DNA of 63,404 bases, counting the filler, from Choristocarpus tenellus KU-1152 (Eukaryota; Protista; Phaeophyceae), in assembly GCA_964200185.2 (NCBI GenBank). It is 12 parts of 12 records of this genome, joined end to end, with 100 filler letters (N's around TTAATTAATTAA, not from the genome) between each part and the next. Parts side by side here need not be neighbours in the genome. Positions count along the whole stretch, not along the records: positions 1 to 3,906 come from CAXNAD020017217.1; positions 4,007 to 12,909 come from CAXNAD020004209.1; positions 13,010 to 23,915 come from CAXNAD020002635.1; 9 more parts are not named here. One strand, 5' to 3'. The notes under the pieces are model-generated. The model worked only from the letters and a program-made list of their open reading frames with translations, was not told the origin of the DNA and did no database searches. Of the stretch, positions 1 to 13,408 are shown in pieces. Numbering within the stretch: position 1 is the stretch's first letter; the number at the start of each line of letters is the position of its first letter. Made by a program: the position numbers and the translations under genes.

Positions 1-109
1 TTTTATTTTTTTTATTTTTTTTTTGAAAAATTTTTTTTTTTACCTTCCCCCCCCCCCCCCCCACCCCCACCACAACCCACCACAACCCTAACCCTAACTA
101 CCTCCTAAG

Positions 110-3100
110 GTACGCCGCATGGGAAACACCTGCAAGTGAGGATGGATCTAGGGCATCAGACCTCTACTCTGCTGCTAGTAGGTATGCAGAGCGGTTTTCT
201 GATAAGGGGGTGGCAGCAGGGCGGGGAGGGGTGCTCAGTGCAGCTGGGGGAGGGGAAGGATCGAGAAATAGGGGCAGTGGGGGTGGCAGTGGTGCTGGGG
301 AATCATCATCATCCTGGCGATCAAGTAGCATGGATCCGTATTCAGACAGGAGATCTGGTGTGTTTTAGGGATAGAGGAAAGAGGAAAGAGGGGGGTGTGG
401 TAGTTTGGAGGGTATTTTTTGTCTGTTTTTAGGGGGGGGTATGGCTACGACTCTGTGGTGAAGGTGCAGTACATCACAGTACAGCAAGGGAGAGTTGGTT
501 GGTTGGTTTGTTATTTTGTTAGTTTGAGTGGTCTGTGTAAAATCATTGTGTGTTTGTGTTGGGTGGGGTTATTATGTGTGTTCAGGTGTTGAGGTATTGT
601 GTATAGTTGAGGGGGAGGGATGGGGGGGGTCTGTTGCTGTATTTGTATGTGTATGGAGTGTGGAGTATTAGGGGTGTTAGGAGTACTTGACGATTTTTCT
701 ACATGCTGGATGGACCAATTTGGTAACTATAAAAATTCCACCTTGTATGCACTATTCTTATGCACACACCCTACCCCGGTATTTCTTTTTTTATCAAAAT
801 GCCTTCCAAGCATTAACAACAGTTGCGTTTTTGTGATGTTCCACGCAGGCTACTCTAATAGCAGTGAATACAGCCCAGCACATACATCACAGGTGCGGTG
901 TGAGGTCTTGATGTCTTGATGTCTTGATGTCTTGATGTCTTGATGTCTTGATGTCTTGATGTCTTGATGTCTTGATGTCTTGAGGTCTTGATGTCTTGAT
1001 GTCTTGAGGTCTTGAGGTCTTGAGGTCTTGATGTCTTGATGTCTTGAGGTCTTGAGGTCTTGAGGGGAGGGGAATTGTTGTCATGTTTGGTTTGCTGCCT
1101 TGCTGGGAAGAGTATCCATCTCCTTCGCTGTGACTCCTTTCTTGGTTTACAGTTTGGTTCCACAGAGAGCACTCTCCCTTACACGCTTAGGTCCTTGGAG
1201 TTGAACATGATGTGTTTTGTAATAGAGGGTGAGAAGGGGAAGGGGAAGGGGACTGGGGTGTCTTGTTTAGGGTGTCAGGTCACCTGCCTTCAACATGTAT
1301 AGTACATATCCCCTGCTGTCGTTCCCCCCTGCATTGTGTTGGTTTTGGCTATGTTTCTGTAACACTGTACTCAATGAGGAGGTGGGTTGGTGTGAGTCGT
1401 GAACGAAGCGTGTGACTAGATTGGTCCATACAAACACCCTTTTGGTGATATATTGTCTTAGGGTTTCCCTCTGTGGCGATAGGTGGTTGCACCTCAAGCA
1501 CATGGCACACAGGACATTAATGTGTTGATTAATCCACTGCTGTACTTCGAAAGTAGTTTGGTATCTCTGTGCAATTGACTCTCACAGGTTCATTACTGAT
1601 CCAAAAATTACCCCCGATGCCCCCGACGATTTTATTATTATTATTATTGGTATTGTTAATTATTATTTTGTGTTTCAGTCTGGATTTTCTGGACCTGGGT
1701 TGTACTCCCCTGGTCCTTCTTCCTTCTCGCCAGCACGTTCTATGGGATCTACCAATGCTTCCTCATCTAGGGCGGACTTCGGGAACAGTTCTGGGCATGT
1801 TGGAAACAAGTGGGCCATGGTGAGGTGTTGGCGTGGGTTGTCTGTTGTGGTGTGGTGTTATGTACCTGGGGGGAGGGGGAGAGGAGGAGGTTAGTTTTGT
1901 TGAGTTTGTTACTAATAGGGTTTTTCCCTAAAACATGACCCTCTTTCTTGACTTTTTTTTTTAGTGCAGTTATCGGTTGGGTTTGTTCTCACTCGAGGTG
2001 TTAATTACAGTTTTTTTTTATTGTACTTTGAGGTGTGACGGTGCATGATTGTAAATAACTCAAAGCAGTTGTCTCTCCCTGATTATCACTCTCGGTATAA
2101 GTGTGATCAAAATTCTCTCTTTAATTGTGTTTGAAAAATAAATGAAGACACCTTGTAGAGAGTGCTATTAACAGGCCAGGAGAGCAGAAGAGTTAAGAGC
2201 GTTTCACATATTCTCTCATGCGTTGCCTCACTAATGACAAAGGCCTCAGTACAGTGTCAGTAGGTACAAGATGAGTGTGTGTGTGTGTGTCTTTGTGTGT
2301 GTGCTACTAGATGCCACCATTTATCGGCTTTGTTCCCATGTAGTTTGAAGTTGAACATGTGTGACCCTGCTGTTGGATAAGTCGCTTTCATTCAGCAGCC
2401 CTCCCCCCCCCCCCCCCCGCCTGTTTTCCCACACCATCCCTTCCAAACCCCCCCCCCCTCTTTCTTTNNNNNNNNNNCCCCTCCCCCCAGCATGTTTCCC
2501 AACATATCCGCTTCAATCACTCACTGCCTTGATCCTTCTCCCTAACCTTTTATAGCTCTACCCTGCTTGAAATCCTCTTTAGGATCTGAACTGCTGGTGA
2601 TGCACAAACTTAATATAAACTCTTTCAACCCCCACCATCAACCAATCAACCATACGCATTTCAACTCCTATCAATCCCCGCCTTGTCCCTACAGTAGTCA
2701 CATCTGCCTTCTTGCCTCTGAAATCTCTGTTCGGGGCCTGCCCTACACCTCCCCGTCCCCGACTCCCTTGTCGTCCTGTGGCTATCGTGGCTGCCGCTGT
2801 GGCCAGCGCGGAGCTTGTGTGAATCTCCGTTTTTCAGGTCGTAGTGGTCATATTGTGGAGGTATTGGACCCTAGTGGTGGTGCTGTGGATGTGCTGGACC
2901 CTGATTCCCGATACATGCTGGTGGTGGAAAAAGATGATCGGCAGACTGTCAGAGTTACTGTTGATGAGGCGGAGCCAATGATGCCTCAGCTGGTGAGATG
3001 ACAACTGCTTTTCATTCCTCTCCTGCTTGCTTGATTTGATGTCAGAACTCTCATGTCTCATCGAGAAGAGGTTGTGTTGATGTTGTTGCCCTTGTCTTAT

Positions 3101-3765
3101 GGTTCATTCGCTGGTCAAACCCGGCCTATGCCTATTGATATTGGGGGGGGGTTAAATCCAATTATTAGGGGTGCTGTATGTGCAGTGTGTGTGTGTTGTT
3201 TTTTTAAGTATTGACTTTTTGCCTCAAAAGAGAGGAGGCGTTATTTTGCAGAGTGGGTGGGTCCCCCTTGCTTGCAGTGATTTTTTTTTCTGTTATTGCT
3301 ATTGATGAGGTATGAAGCCTCATTATGATCTCATCTTTTATGCAAGCACCTGTTGTTAGGCGACAACCCAACCCAACCCAACCCAACCCTTTGTCCAAGA
3401 CTTGCGGGGCGTGCACACTATTTTTATTATTTTATCATTTTTATTGTTTCGAATGTGATTACTTAACTACTACTTTTACCCTTTTATTGAAGGCACCCCC
3501 AACAACGGCACGCAGGGATATCTACAGGGACAATTTTGTGTTGATGGATTTTGTCCTGTGCACCCTACACGCCGTGTATCATTGTTATTATTTTTGTTAT
3601 CATTGTTTTGTTTTATTGTATTTTATTTTTTGTTGCCAGAGAGACACTGTGATGGTTGTGGTTGGAACCAAAAGGGGCCACCATGGCACCTTGAGGGAGA
3701 TTGATGGGAGAGATGGTATCATCAAGTACGCTGGAGAGGCGCAACGGGAGGTCGTCCCTTTGCAG
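110..3765 (+). CDS. SPT5: Transcription elongation factor SPT5, 3' portion (partial; exons ~110-358, 849-891, 1679-1819, 2807-2992, 3640-3765)
   Basis: Phase-compatible AG/GT exons give a G/S/P/Y-rich CTR-like region (AWETPA, EYSPAHTS, LYSPGPSSFSP). This is followed by KWAMRGACVNL...GHIVEV and RDTVMVVVGTKRGHHGTLREIDGRDGIIK, which matches the terminal KOW pattern of SPT5 (V.VI.G..R...G.L..IDG.DGIV). Both ends are truncated by contig limits. Confidence 0.75.
902..1063. repeat. 8-bp microsatellite (GATGTCTT/GAGGTCTT)n in SPT5 intron
   Basis: About 20 tandem octamers seen directly; they generate the spurious KTSRHQDI ORFs. Confidence 0.95.
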
Positions 3766-3906
3766 GTGATGATGGTGGTGGTGGTGTCACATTAGTGAGA
3801 GGGTGGGCAGGAAGGGGGCGGGGGGGGGGGGGGGGGGGGTTGTTTTGGGTGGGGCCTTTTCTTTTTTTTATTTTGATTTTTTTTTTTTTTTTTCTTTTTC
3901 TATCCG

Positions 3907-4006
3907 NNNNNNNNNNNNNNNNNNNNNNNNNNNNNNNNNNNNNNNNNNNNTTAATTAATTAANNNNNNNNNNNNNNNNNNNNNNNNNNNNNNNNNNNNNN
4001 NNNNNN
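3907..4006. other. Artificial contig linker (N-run + TTAATTAATTAA + N-run); recurs at ~12910, 23915, 34339, 37167, 40485, 44847, 49692, 54774, 57483, 60403
   Basis: An identical ~100-nt spacer with stops in all six frames occurs 11 times. Confidence 0.97.
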
Positions 4007-4062
4007 ATGAAAAAATTGACCCCAAATGGACAGCCGCCACCCCCTCACAGATACTTTGAGCC
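4007..4062. mobile_element. MITE family A, partial at contig start
   Basis: ccccaaatggacagccgccacccc...agatactttgagcc terminus. Confidence 0.8.
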
Positions 4063-5189
4063 ATATGGAGACTTGATTGTACCTTGTTGCTACTGAAGTT
4101 ACTCCATAACTCAAAGATATGGATAGAACTACTGGAATTGAGGTGATCACCATGTCAAGAACATCGATGTAAACCTTGCTGAAATAACTGTTGTATGATA
4201 GAACATGTCTTGACATGAAGATGTTAAAGGGTAGGAGGTTGTTAGCCATCTACAGTTGAATTACGAAGAGTAATGAGAATGTATCGAAGTGAACTTTCGG
4301 TTAGATTTCCGTCCATTTTCAGAACTTGTGCTGGACTGGATAATAGTGAGATAAAAGAAGTGATTGAAGGTATAGAGGAAAACCACGCATTCTTGATCCA
4401 TGCAGGACAGACCTCCCCCAGTAGTCTACTCTTCTGTGTACACAACCATTACTATGGGTTTGGGGCGAGATATGGTGGCAGGTCAGTGAGCACAGTCCCA
4501 AAGGGGTGAGTATCCTGCCTAAATCACACTAACCCACAATCTGAGGACCTGAGCTCAACTTGCATACCCTTCGATGAGCATTTGTGGTTTCTGATCACAA
4601 CGTGTGAGATGTGGAGCTCTCTCACGTCCCTTTCCCGTAGCATGCTTGGTAGACTGTACGCAGATATCAAGAAGTCCAGCATGCAGAATTTGGTGAGTAT
4701 GAGCTAGATTCCTTTACCGTCCAGCAATAGTGTCTTACCATCTACATAGTAACTGACTGAAATGCATTCTATCAGGAACTACATATATTTGGGAATAACT
4801 AAACAACCCTTGGCTAATGGAGACCCTCATCTAAGGATTTTCGCTGTTCTGCTGCACAGGAACACAGCTTCTTTGGGTCCTCAAGGATTGTAAAAAACTG
4901 TGCCATGACCGGAGTCGTTGTCAGCTAGACTTTGACGTATTCAAGGCTCAAATCTGTTGCTCAACTTCATCCTGACGATGAAATTCCACTCGTGACCAGA
5001 CAAGTGTAGGCTCACGATTATGATTTAGTGTATTACATCTTCAGCATTGGGGCTATACAGTCCATAATATAATTTACCATATCATGATCCATTTGCTCCT
5101 AGTATCAAGAAAAAATTATACCTTAACTTATCCCCACCTCTTTGCCGCCTACTTCACCTTTCCACCTAAATTTCATCCACTTTGTGCAG

Positions 5190-7401
5190 GTGATGGTCCA
5201 GCAGAGTGCAGGCTCCGCAAGGTGTCGTCTGCAACTGCAGAATTAGAGTTCCCCAAACCTGGAGCACAATGGGGTGGGTATGGTGAGGCTTGTAGGCGAT
5301 GTGAAGATTTTTTCCCCACTCTAAATGATGGAGTGCTCCAGAGGAGTATCCAGCTTCGAGGCGAGCCAAAGAGTGGAACCAAATTTCTTTACCACACATG
5401 CAAGAATTTGCTGAGGCTTGCTTGTGGTTTCTTAAATGACATCTACGGGGCCAATAGCTGCACATTCGAATTTAAGGAAGAGAATTCCTTGCGATACTCA
5501 AAAATTACCTTTGTCCCTACCAATGGAGAAGAAGCTGCATGTCCCTGTTCTGCGGTGAAAAGGTATGTACAAAACATGGAGTGATTGTCAGATGCTTTTT
5601 CAAATGGGGTTGAGATAAACGAGGTGGATGCTGACCCTTTGCCACATTCACTTAGCTCTGTAATTAATGTGATGACAACCATAGGTGGTGGTACGCAAGT
5701 AGGAAAAATGCATCACCTTCTTGCACGGACATGTTGAATCCTCAAAACTTTGATCAAGAAATGTTAAGACTGAGCAAATGAGGGCTGGAGGCATTGGTAA
5801 ACGCAGAACAGATGGGACCCTATTTTATTGTTAAGCTCACTTTCTTTGCGTAATTGTGTCAATGGAAATGCTGTTGTATGTGCATTATCTTCTGTTAGCG
5901 TAAATCTGCACCGGAACAACACAAGTCGATCCAGGTAGTAATTCGTAGGTCAGACTGCTGCTGGGCACTACATTGTACCAGTACAATTCACAATACCAGT
6001 TGACATGAAGCGTAAAGCTGATTTGAATTGAATGCTATCTACAAGTATGTTTCAACCTAAACTCTAATCCGCCGACTTACTAAGCTACAAGCATTGACAC
6101 ATGTTGTATAAACAGGGCAAACTGTCCCAAGTGATGCATTTGTAGTCATGTGGGGCCATAGTTGTACGATAGTTAGATACTCTACAAACCTGTGCATGCT
6201 GTACAATATTTAATGTGTAAGAATATCATGAACAAAACATTATTGTCAAGGGAAAACCTCGTGGTGAGACTTTTATCTCGGAGGTGAGCATGTTGTTCAT
6301 AGTCCTACTTTGTATCCTTCTATCGATGATTCCTTTGTGCCTTGTTACCAAATTTGAGCATTTTAGTCCAACACTTTGATTTTCTTATCAAAGATTCCAA
6401 CTCATATGTGACCTCAGGCTCAACGTATCTGGGGGGGGGGTGGCTTCTGTCCATTTGGGGCCAATTTTGTCATGTTTCGATTTTTGGGTGATTTGGTTCC
6501 ATACGTTGGATGGATAATGGAAGTGCACTTTTCCAGGTTTTGGTTCAAATGGACACTCTGGTGTAGACCCCCCCCCACCCCCAGATACTTTGGGTCTCAA
6601 CGCTACTTCTTCAAGTAGGCCCATGTTTGCACGACAGAACATGTACTGCCCATCTAATATTTTGATCACGTGTATATTTCTAATCTCATCTACATTCGGC
6701 CTTGACTCAGGGTTGAAATCCGTGTAATGGAAGAGGGGAAGCATTGCTTCCCTCTTGGATTGGATTGCAGCATTAACTACCCTCCCTGGCAAATATTTGC
6801 AACATCAAGTCCTGCAAGCTATCCATGCCCTAATGTCACTGATGCAACCACAACAGAGGGCAAAAGAGACTTCAGAATGTGCTTGAATCGATCTCTTGGC
6901 TCTGATGGTTGCAGCATTGTGGATAAGAACCCGCAGTTGGTCATAATTCGCGATCCTCGAGCAGCAGCAAATAGTATGTTCTTCATGCTGAAGAACGGCT
7001 TAGGGGGCCGCTTCAAATACAAGTTGGATGAGTATGTGGTTGATGTGTTGCCCAGTTACTGCCAGAGGACAATGGTCAGGATTTTGCTCTTTGGAACAGT
7101 TCTTCGCTCACAGACACTACTCATGTTCTATGAGGATATTCTCTCTGATGAAGCAAAGTTCTTTGGTCAAATGATGAAGTTCTTTGGAATGAACTTGCCA
7201 GAAGTTGTCATCGAGGCCTTAATGAATGCCCCTGGGGAATCCTTAGAGCATCACTCAGGAACAGAGATGTCGGAGAAGGAGAATCACCAAAGAAGTTTCA
7301 AGGATGAGATTCGTCCCGAAACCCTGTTAAGTATGGATAGCATAATGCGTGCATGGCTTTCACCTGATCTTCTTATTCGATGGGATGTGGGTGACAGTTA
7401 G
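5190..7401 (+). CDS. PAPS-dependent sulfotransferase (P-loop sulfotransferase fold); exons 5190-5562 and 6711-7401, 5' exons unresolved
   Basis: 5'-PSB-like motif IQLRGEPKSGT, KH motif, 3'-PB-like motif LVIIRDPRAAANSMF and downstream MFYEDI. The phase-2 splice aaa ag|gtatgt ... cag|g gtt gaa joins the two ORFs; stop at 7401. Confidence 0.8.
6417..6596. mobile_element. MITE family A (~180 bp) in sulfotransferase intron
   Basis: Termini ggctcaacgtatctgggg / ccccagatactttgggtc; flanking duplication tca/tca. Confidence 0.9.
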
Positions 7402-7759
7402 ATTAGCGGAATTGCATGCGCACATCTTTTTTGTTTCTTAAAATTAAGTAAGGCCTAGTCCAGGCAGCAGAGACTGGATTCCCTTCCTCTCTACAGATGA
7501 AGAACTTCATGTATTCTAGGAGCGTTTTATTTATCTTTTGCTTTGCAGTATTGTGCGAGTTGTTCTATCAGTGCTCAAAGATTGAGCGCCTTGAAGCGGT
7601 GCCGTGGTCCATTGTTCTGAATGTAGCTAACTTAATGTAAAGGCAACTGAAGATGGTTGAGTACTCGTCGATACGACAAGAAAATTGTGCCAATGATTTC
7701 CTGACTGAGCAACCCTGGTAGTAGTTGCAGAGTCTCTTGTCCCAGCTTTTTTTAAAATT

Positions 7760-8640
7760 CTTTGGTATGTGTCATACTTGCCTCACACTGAGAACCATTA
7801 TTGGTGGACTGGTACAAAATTGCGGTTAATCGCTGAACTTTCCCCTTACAAACATCAATCTCCACCTTTTACTATTTCTCTTTTCAAAAATTTACTTAGT
7901 TGTTAAGTGGATCTCTCCTCTTTCCCTTACAGTTTCTCTTCCTTGAAGTATTTGGTCCAGAATATCTCCGTCCCTGCCCAGTCACCCCAACAGCTCCAGC
8001 TTGTTTAGGACAGGGGTAAGCCTAATGTGCTGTTACTTCACAAACATAGCAGACACTTGCGTAAGATCCGGAATGCAAGGGAACAGTGGGGAAAAAAATG
8101 TTGAACGTACAGTTCTCCACAGAGCATACACTCCACACATCCTGACTATTGATCCTTTTGACACCCTGTAGTTTCACCTCTTGCACGGGTCCCACCCATA
8201 TCAGTGCCCCCACATTGCTCATCCGTCATTCTTGTTGGCGTTTGCACATCCGTTATGTCTCTCAGGCTCACCTTTGAAAATCTAGTCAGGTCAGTAACCA
8301 GTCGAATCTCGGCAAAATACTTCTCAGCAAGGCAATTGTGTATTGCTCTTGGGTGGGTCTCCTCGCTAGGCTTATCATCAATCGACCTCATCTTCTTTTC
8401 TAACTTGTCCAGTTTCATAATAATATCGGATCTTCCCCCACAGGTAGATGAGGATAATTAATTCCACTTGGACCTCAAAATTGCTCTTTCTGCAATCCCA
8501 TTCCGAGCAACATGGTTCCTAAGAGCTTCAAATGATTCTGGCAGATTGGCGTGATTATCAGCTATTTGCTCTACAAGCCCACCTTAACCGGTGACCAAAT
8601 GCCATAGCCAAGCTGGCCTTTTCGATTTCTCTCTCCCTCC
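7760..8640 (-). pseudogene. Decayed Ty1/copia gag fragment
   Basis: The minus strand reads ...ESFEALRNHVARNGIAERAILRSKWN*..., GEDP in an adjacent frame, then MKLDKLEKKMRSID..., resembling copia gag (UBN2-like) with stops and frameshifts. Confidence 0.45.
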
Positions 8641-8998
8641 ATCTCGTTTCATCCAACATGATGCAGCTCACTCTTATGTGGTCTTCAGTCACAAGAATGT
8701 TCTTCCATTCACCCATAGAGGCAAGCACATAAGGAAGATTCTCTTTAAAGCTGGATAACCTTCCCTGTCATCATTGCTGTTGTACACCTTGAACTCTGCT
8801 GAACTTGGACCGTGCGTGGTTCTGCTAACTGCCTCCCCATCTCCATCCTCAACATCTGAATCGACTTCTTCCCCATCTTCAACTGCTCTAGTTGGTGGCA
8901 TTTCTCTATACCCCGCCTTGAAAAGTTAGCACACTTCAATAACTATTGCTAGCTAGCGTGATAAAGAAGCTTATGTCCCCAAGACTTGCATATATAAA

Positions 8999-9771
8999 TG
9001 ACTCGATTAGTTCCTTATTGGGTTGGACAAGTTGTAAATGAAATAAGGTAGGAGAGAGAAGTGAGTCTTCAAGACCAAAGGGGGGGGTCCTTGCCACCAT
9101 ATCAGCCCTATTCTGTGGGTCATTAATCACATATTACTTGTTACACACATTACTTGATACAGCATTTCGTATTCCTGAATTCTGCCGTAATCTAGTTCAT
9201 ACCCATACTCAATACTTCTTAGATAATTCACTTTTACCATGAACAAAAAGCATACTCTTGACAGGGCTTAGGCTAAGAATTCTATTTCACCAATACCATA
9301 ACGATGGCTCAAAATGCAACCCTAACCCAGTACCGCCATTTCTAACTGTTTAGTACTTCAAAGCAATACCTAATACCGTCCCATTGACTCGATTAATTCC
9401 TTATTGGGTTGGACAAGTTGTAGATGAAGTAAGGTAGGAGTGAGGAGGAGTGAGCCTTCAAGACCAAAGGGGGGGGTTCTTGCCACCATATCAGCCCTAT
9501 TCCGTGGGTCATTAATCACATATTACTTGTTACACACATTACTTGATACAACATTTCGTATTCCTGAATTCTGCCGTAATCTAGTTCATACCCATACTCA
9601 ATACTTCTTAGATAATTCACTTTTACCATGAACAAAAAGCATACTCTTGACTGGACTTAGGTTAAGTATTCTTTTTCACCAATACCATAATGATGGCTCA
9701 AACTGCAACCCTAACCCAGTACCGCCATTTCTAACTGTTCAGTACTTCAAAGCAATACCTAATACCGTCCC
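8999..9771. repeat. Tandem direct duplication of ~386 bp (8999-9384 / 9386-9771)
   Basis: Both units begin tgactcgatta-ttccttattgggttggacaag and end aagcaatacctaataccgtccca; they differ by scattered substitutions. Confidence 0.92.
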
Positions 9772-9918
9772 ACCTAAACCTAGCACCAAACTACAGCACA
9801 TCTCCTCCACTGCTGAACTCACAAGTCAGGATATCACAAACTATGAATTCCCAATACCTCCCATGACTATCTCTGCACACTCCATTGCCCTCTAGCCTCA
9901 GAGACCTCTTCCCAACTT

Positions 9919-11556
9919 CTACTGCTCCCCTTCCATGGTATATGCAAACACTAGCCTCGACATAATGCCTTGAGGACCTTCCAAACAGTCCCCAACCACC
10001 TCCGCAGCTCCCCTTGATCCAGAGCAGACTACTGAGCTTCCTTCTCCACTGTCTGCTACAGGGTCAGCCCGCTGCCGCCTCTTGCCTCCCCTACCGTTGG
10101 GTTTCACAAACCCTAGGAAGGCTAGTTCTTGTGAGCAGTGTGCAAATCGTGCCAGGTCCTCATCCCTTTCCTGTGTCCTTGAGGTTGTTCCCTTGGACGG
10201 TATGGCACTCATGCTGATGGAGAGGGAAGTGGGATTGAAGGGTAGTGAATAAGCATCACCAAAATGTTGCAAGACACTAGTATGGAGCAGCACCAAGACC
10301 AAGTGAGATATAGCACAAAACGAGGGATGCAAGTTGTAGTTATGACCCTCTACAATCCATCCTATCAAAGATTAATTGGCATCATGTCGAAAAATCTTAT
10401 TAGTCAGTTAAAGCATTTCCTTGTTGGAGGAAAAGTATTGAACAAGATAAAAAAAACAATCACAACCCAATGAAATTTTCAAGGCTGTGTGCAAAAGGAG
10501 CGCAAAAAAAAGGACAGTTCTTATTGAACAAAATGTCTTCGTAACTTTATTTTTTCACAAAACGGGAACATGAAACGTCATCCTTCAGTATCTATTGTGT
10601 CAATAGAAATAGGTGTCACCATTTTAGTAAAACGATTTGGAGCAAATGTAACCCTAACCCTAACCAAATGGGGAAAATAAGTGGAAAAATGATATTTTTT
10701 ACAGATAACAAACTTCCTCGAATTTTCAGGCAACTTTTACAAAACACTCATACATTGATGTAGCACTGTCCCTCCTGCGCCTCTTCTTGAAGTTGCAGTT
10801 GGAAGACGAGGAGAAGGTGGAAGGGTTGGTATTAGAGCTCTCTCCTAATAAGGCGTTTCTTGCCTTGGCAGCACCATCAGCCCTCGCTTCTTGGAAGTCA
10901 GAAAACCACTCGGATCGTCGGATGACCTTACCGTGGAGGCGGTAGGTAGAGTAGAGAGTGCTGGTGTCGGACAACACCAGTTGTTGCCAACCCTTCGAAG
11001 GCCTGTCGATGGATACAGGCTTAGAGTTAGTTGGATGCTGGGGGATGAGGTGTGCACGTGAGTTTATGCTTTGTTGGGGGGGTAGACCCAATGTAACCTT
11101 ACGAGTATGTGCTTTCACAGCTACACAACACTGCACAAAGCACTGTGAAGCTCAGTGAATGCGTTCCATGGTATACAGAATGGGGCAATGAAATTAGGGT
11201 TAGGGCCTGCTATTTCCGCAAACCTACAGGTAGTTCAGGGAGTAGCATGCCCAAGGCAAGAGCTGGGAGGCTCGCACATGATGTGCTATTAAGATCTCAG
11301 GAAATGACTATCTTGAACTATGCCTGCTGTAGAGCTTCAACCTTTGCCTGCTGGTATTGATGCCGTATGTCAGACTACTCATATTGGAATGGCGGGAAAA
11401 TGATATACAGTGAATGATCCATCATTGTACCGGTGGCTGGTGGCTGGCTCATGACCTTGGAGTCTTATGTGGGAGTGACAGCATTCAGCATGTTTGGGTT
11501 TCCACATGTATGTGAAGGGGTTTCGAGTGGTCAAAGTCCACCTATCTCCCTTGTCT
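9919..11556 (-). CDS. ORC3: Origin recognition complex subunit 3, C-terminal exons (firm: 11002-10754 and 10213-9919; probable: ~11556-11430)
   Basis: SDTSTLYSTYRLHGKVIRRSEWFSDF and ARFAHCSQELAFLGFVKP...SRLVF match the ORC3 winged-helix consensus (PD.S..Y....E.G..IN..DW...F / ARF..AV.EL..LGF.KP...RL). The splice at|c atg is phase-consistent. Upstream NPFTYM..ECCH also fits ORC3. Confidence 0.72.
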
Positions 11557-13408
11557 GAACAGCAAGTGGACAAATATAATGCTGGGTAAGGGCTGGGAGA
11601 TCTACACATGATATGCTGGAACGTGTTCACAACTGGGTGAATATTATTGTGGATATCTTGTTGTGGCCAGGACAGGGAAATTGCATGCCTGTGGTGCCAG
11701 GAGGAGCGCCGTACTTTTGTCAAACATGATGACATGATACGGTGGATATTGTGAGGTATGACATGAAATGACTGACGCCAAAAAGATACACTTCTCAAAC
11801 CACAGTATTGACCACTGCATGCTTGATATTGTGTATTTTGATCGTAGAGAACGTACTGTCTTTACACTTACCGACATTTTACAGATATTGTCATTGGAGG
11901 AAAAGAGGAAAACAATGAAATTTAAGAACTCAACAAAACACAACCATAACAGAATCTTAACCCTAACCCCATTGCTTACAAGAAAATTTTCCTATACAAA
12001 AGTGGTAGTAATTGTATTGTATTCAAATCAAGAATCACAAAAAAGAGAGTGACAAATCAACAACTGGTAAGACGAAGCATTATAAGGATGATTCCGGCTG
12101 CTGCTACTTTTTCAAGGGAGCACCTCTCTGCAATGTGATACCCTCGACATGCTTTGTCACTTCAGCAACAACTAGGATTTTATTTACGTTGGCTGATGTT
12201 TTACATTCTTGGGCTGTACCTAGTTTAGGCATAAAGGTTGATTCTTGTCCTTGTAGATCACAAAGTGTTAGGGTTAGTGCTACTACTCGGTATTGCCTTC
12301 CTGGGATGTACGTAAAACAGTTTGTAGTTTGGTCAGAGTACAGTACAGTTGATGTGAAAGGAACCAAATATAGTACAATGGAATCACCTGACACTGTCAT
12401 TGATAAACCTCATCTTGTTGTCAATATACATCAATCTGTCAAACTGAACCCTCAGAATACATAGTTTGCAGCAATCTCTAATTCTAATCAGAGTTTGGCT
12501 CCTGCAGAATGCCAGGCTGTAAATGTATCCCCTTGGCCTTTTGTCTTCGATAATGCACCCCTCCCCCTCATGCTACAAGTATCAGTCCCTTCAACCACAA
12601 GTAATGGAAGAAGACAGGATTTCGAACACCTTGGAAGTCTCCCATGTCACATCTTCTCCTACACATTCTCAAACCCTGACCCTAACCTGAATCCTCAAGT
12701 CTTACCTATGATTTGGCCATTCTCATCCAGGATAAGAAAGGCATGGCACCCTGTTAACAGTAACATGAAGAAACATATCTTGCAAAAAAAAGTATATGAA
12801 GGCAAGGTTACATGTTTTATTCATCAACAGATAAAAACTGCCCCAACTCATCAACACCACCCCTTTCCCCTCCCCCCAATTCCCCCTGACACAAAGATGC
12901 TGCCCCAAANNNNNNNNNNNNNNNNNNNNNNNNNNNNNNNNNNNNNNNNNNNNTTAATTAATTAANNNNNNNNNNNNNNNNNNNNNNNNNNNNNNNNNNN
13001 NNNNNNNNNCCCTCCTTGTCTCGTACTCCTGATTTTTCTGACTGCCTTCCTTTGCTTTCACCTACCACTCATTTCCATTAACTATCTCGTTCTTCCTTAA
13101 CTATTCCTTCTCTTCCTACTTCTTCCTATTCCTTTTCCCCACGTTCTTATCCTGTGCCCCCCAGCCAACCAGAATTCTCTCGCCCACAAAACTCAGTTTA
13201 CTTCATAAACTCTCACTTTCTTGGAGAAATTTTCTTGTCCAAACAATTCAGAAGAAAATGTGTTCCGTTTCATCGATTCACGGTTTCCCCGTTTCGCTCC
13301 ACGACAGTATAACTTCCTCGACACTCGACACTCAACACTCGTACATGCAGATGCTCTCGCCCTAATTTTCCAAAGATCGATTGAAAGTTTGTGACAATAG
13401 ACCAGATA

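Noticed and set aside
855-1172. KTSRHQDI repeat ORFs
   Set aside because: Product of an 8-bp microsatellite in an SPT5 intron.
3951-3962. Recurrent TTAATTAATTAA as a biological motif
   Set aside because: Always centred in N-runs of fixed length; an artificial six-frame-stop linker.
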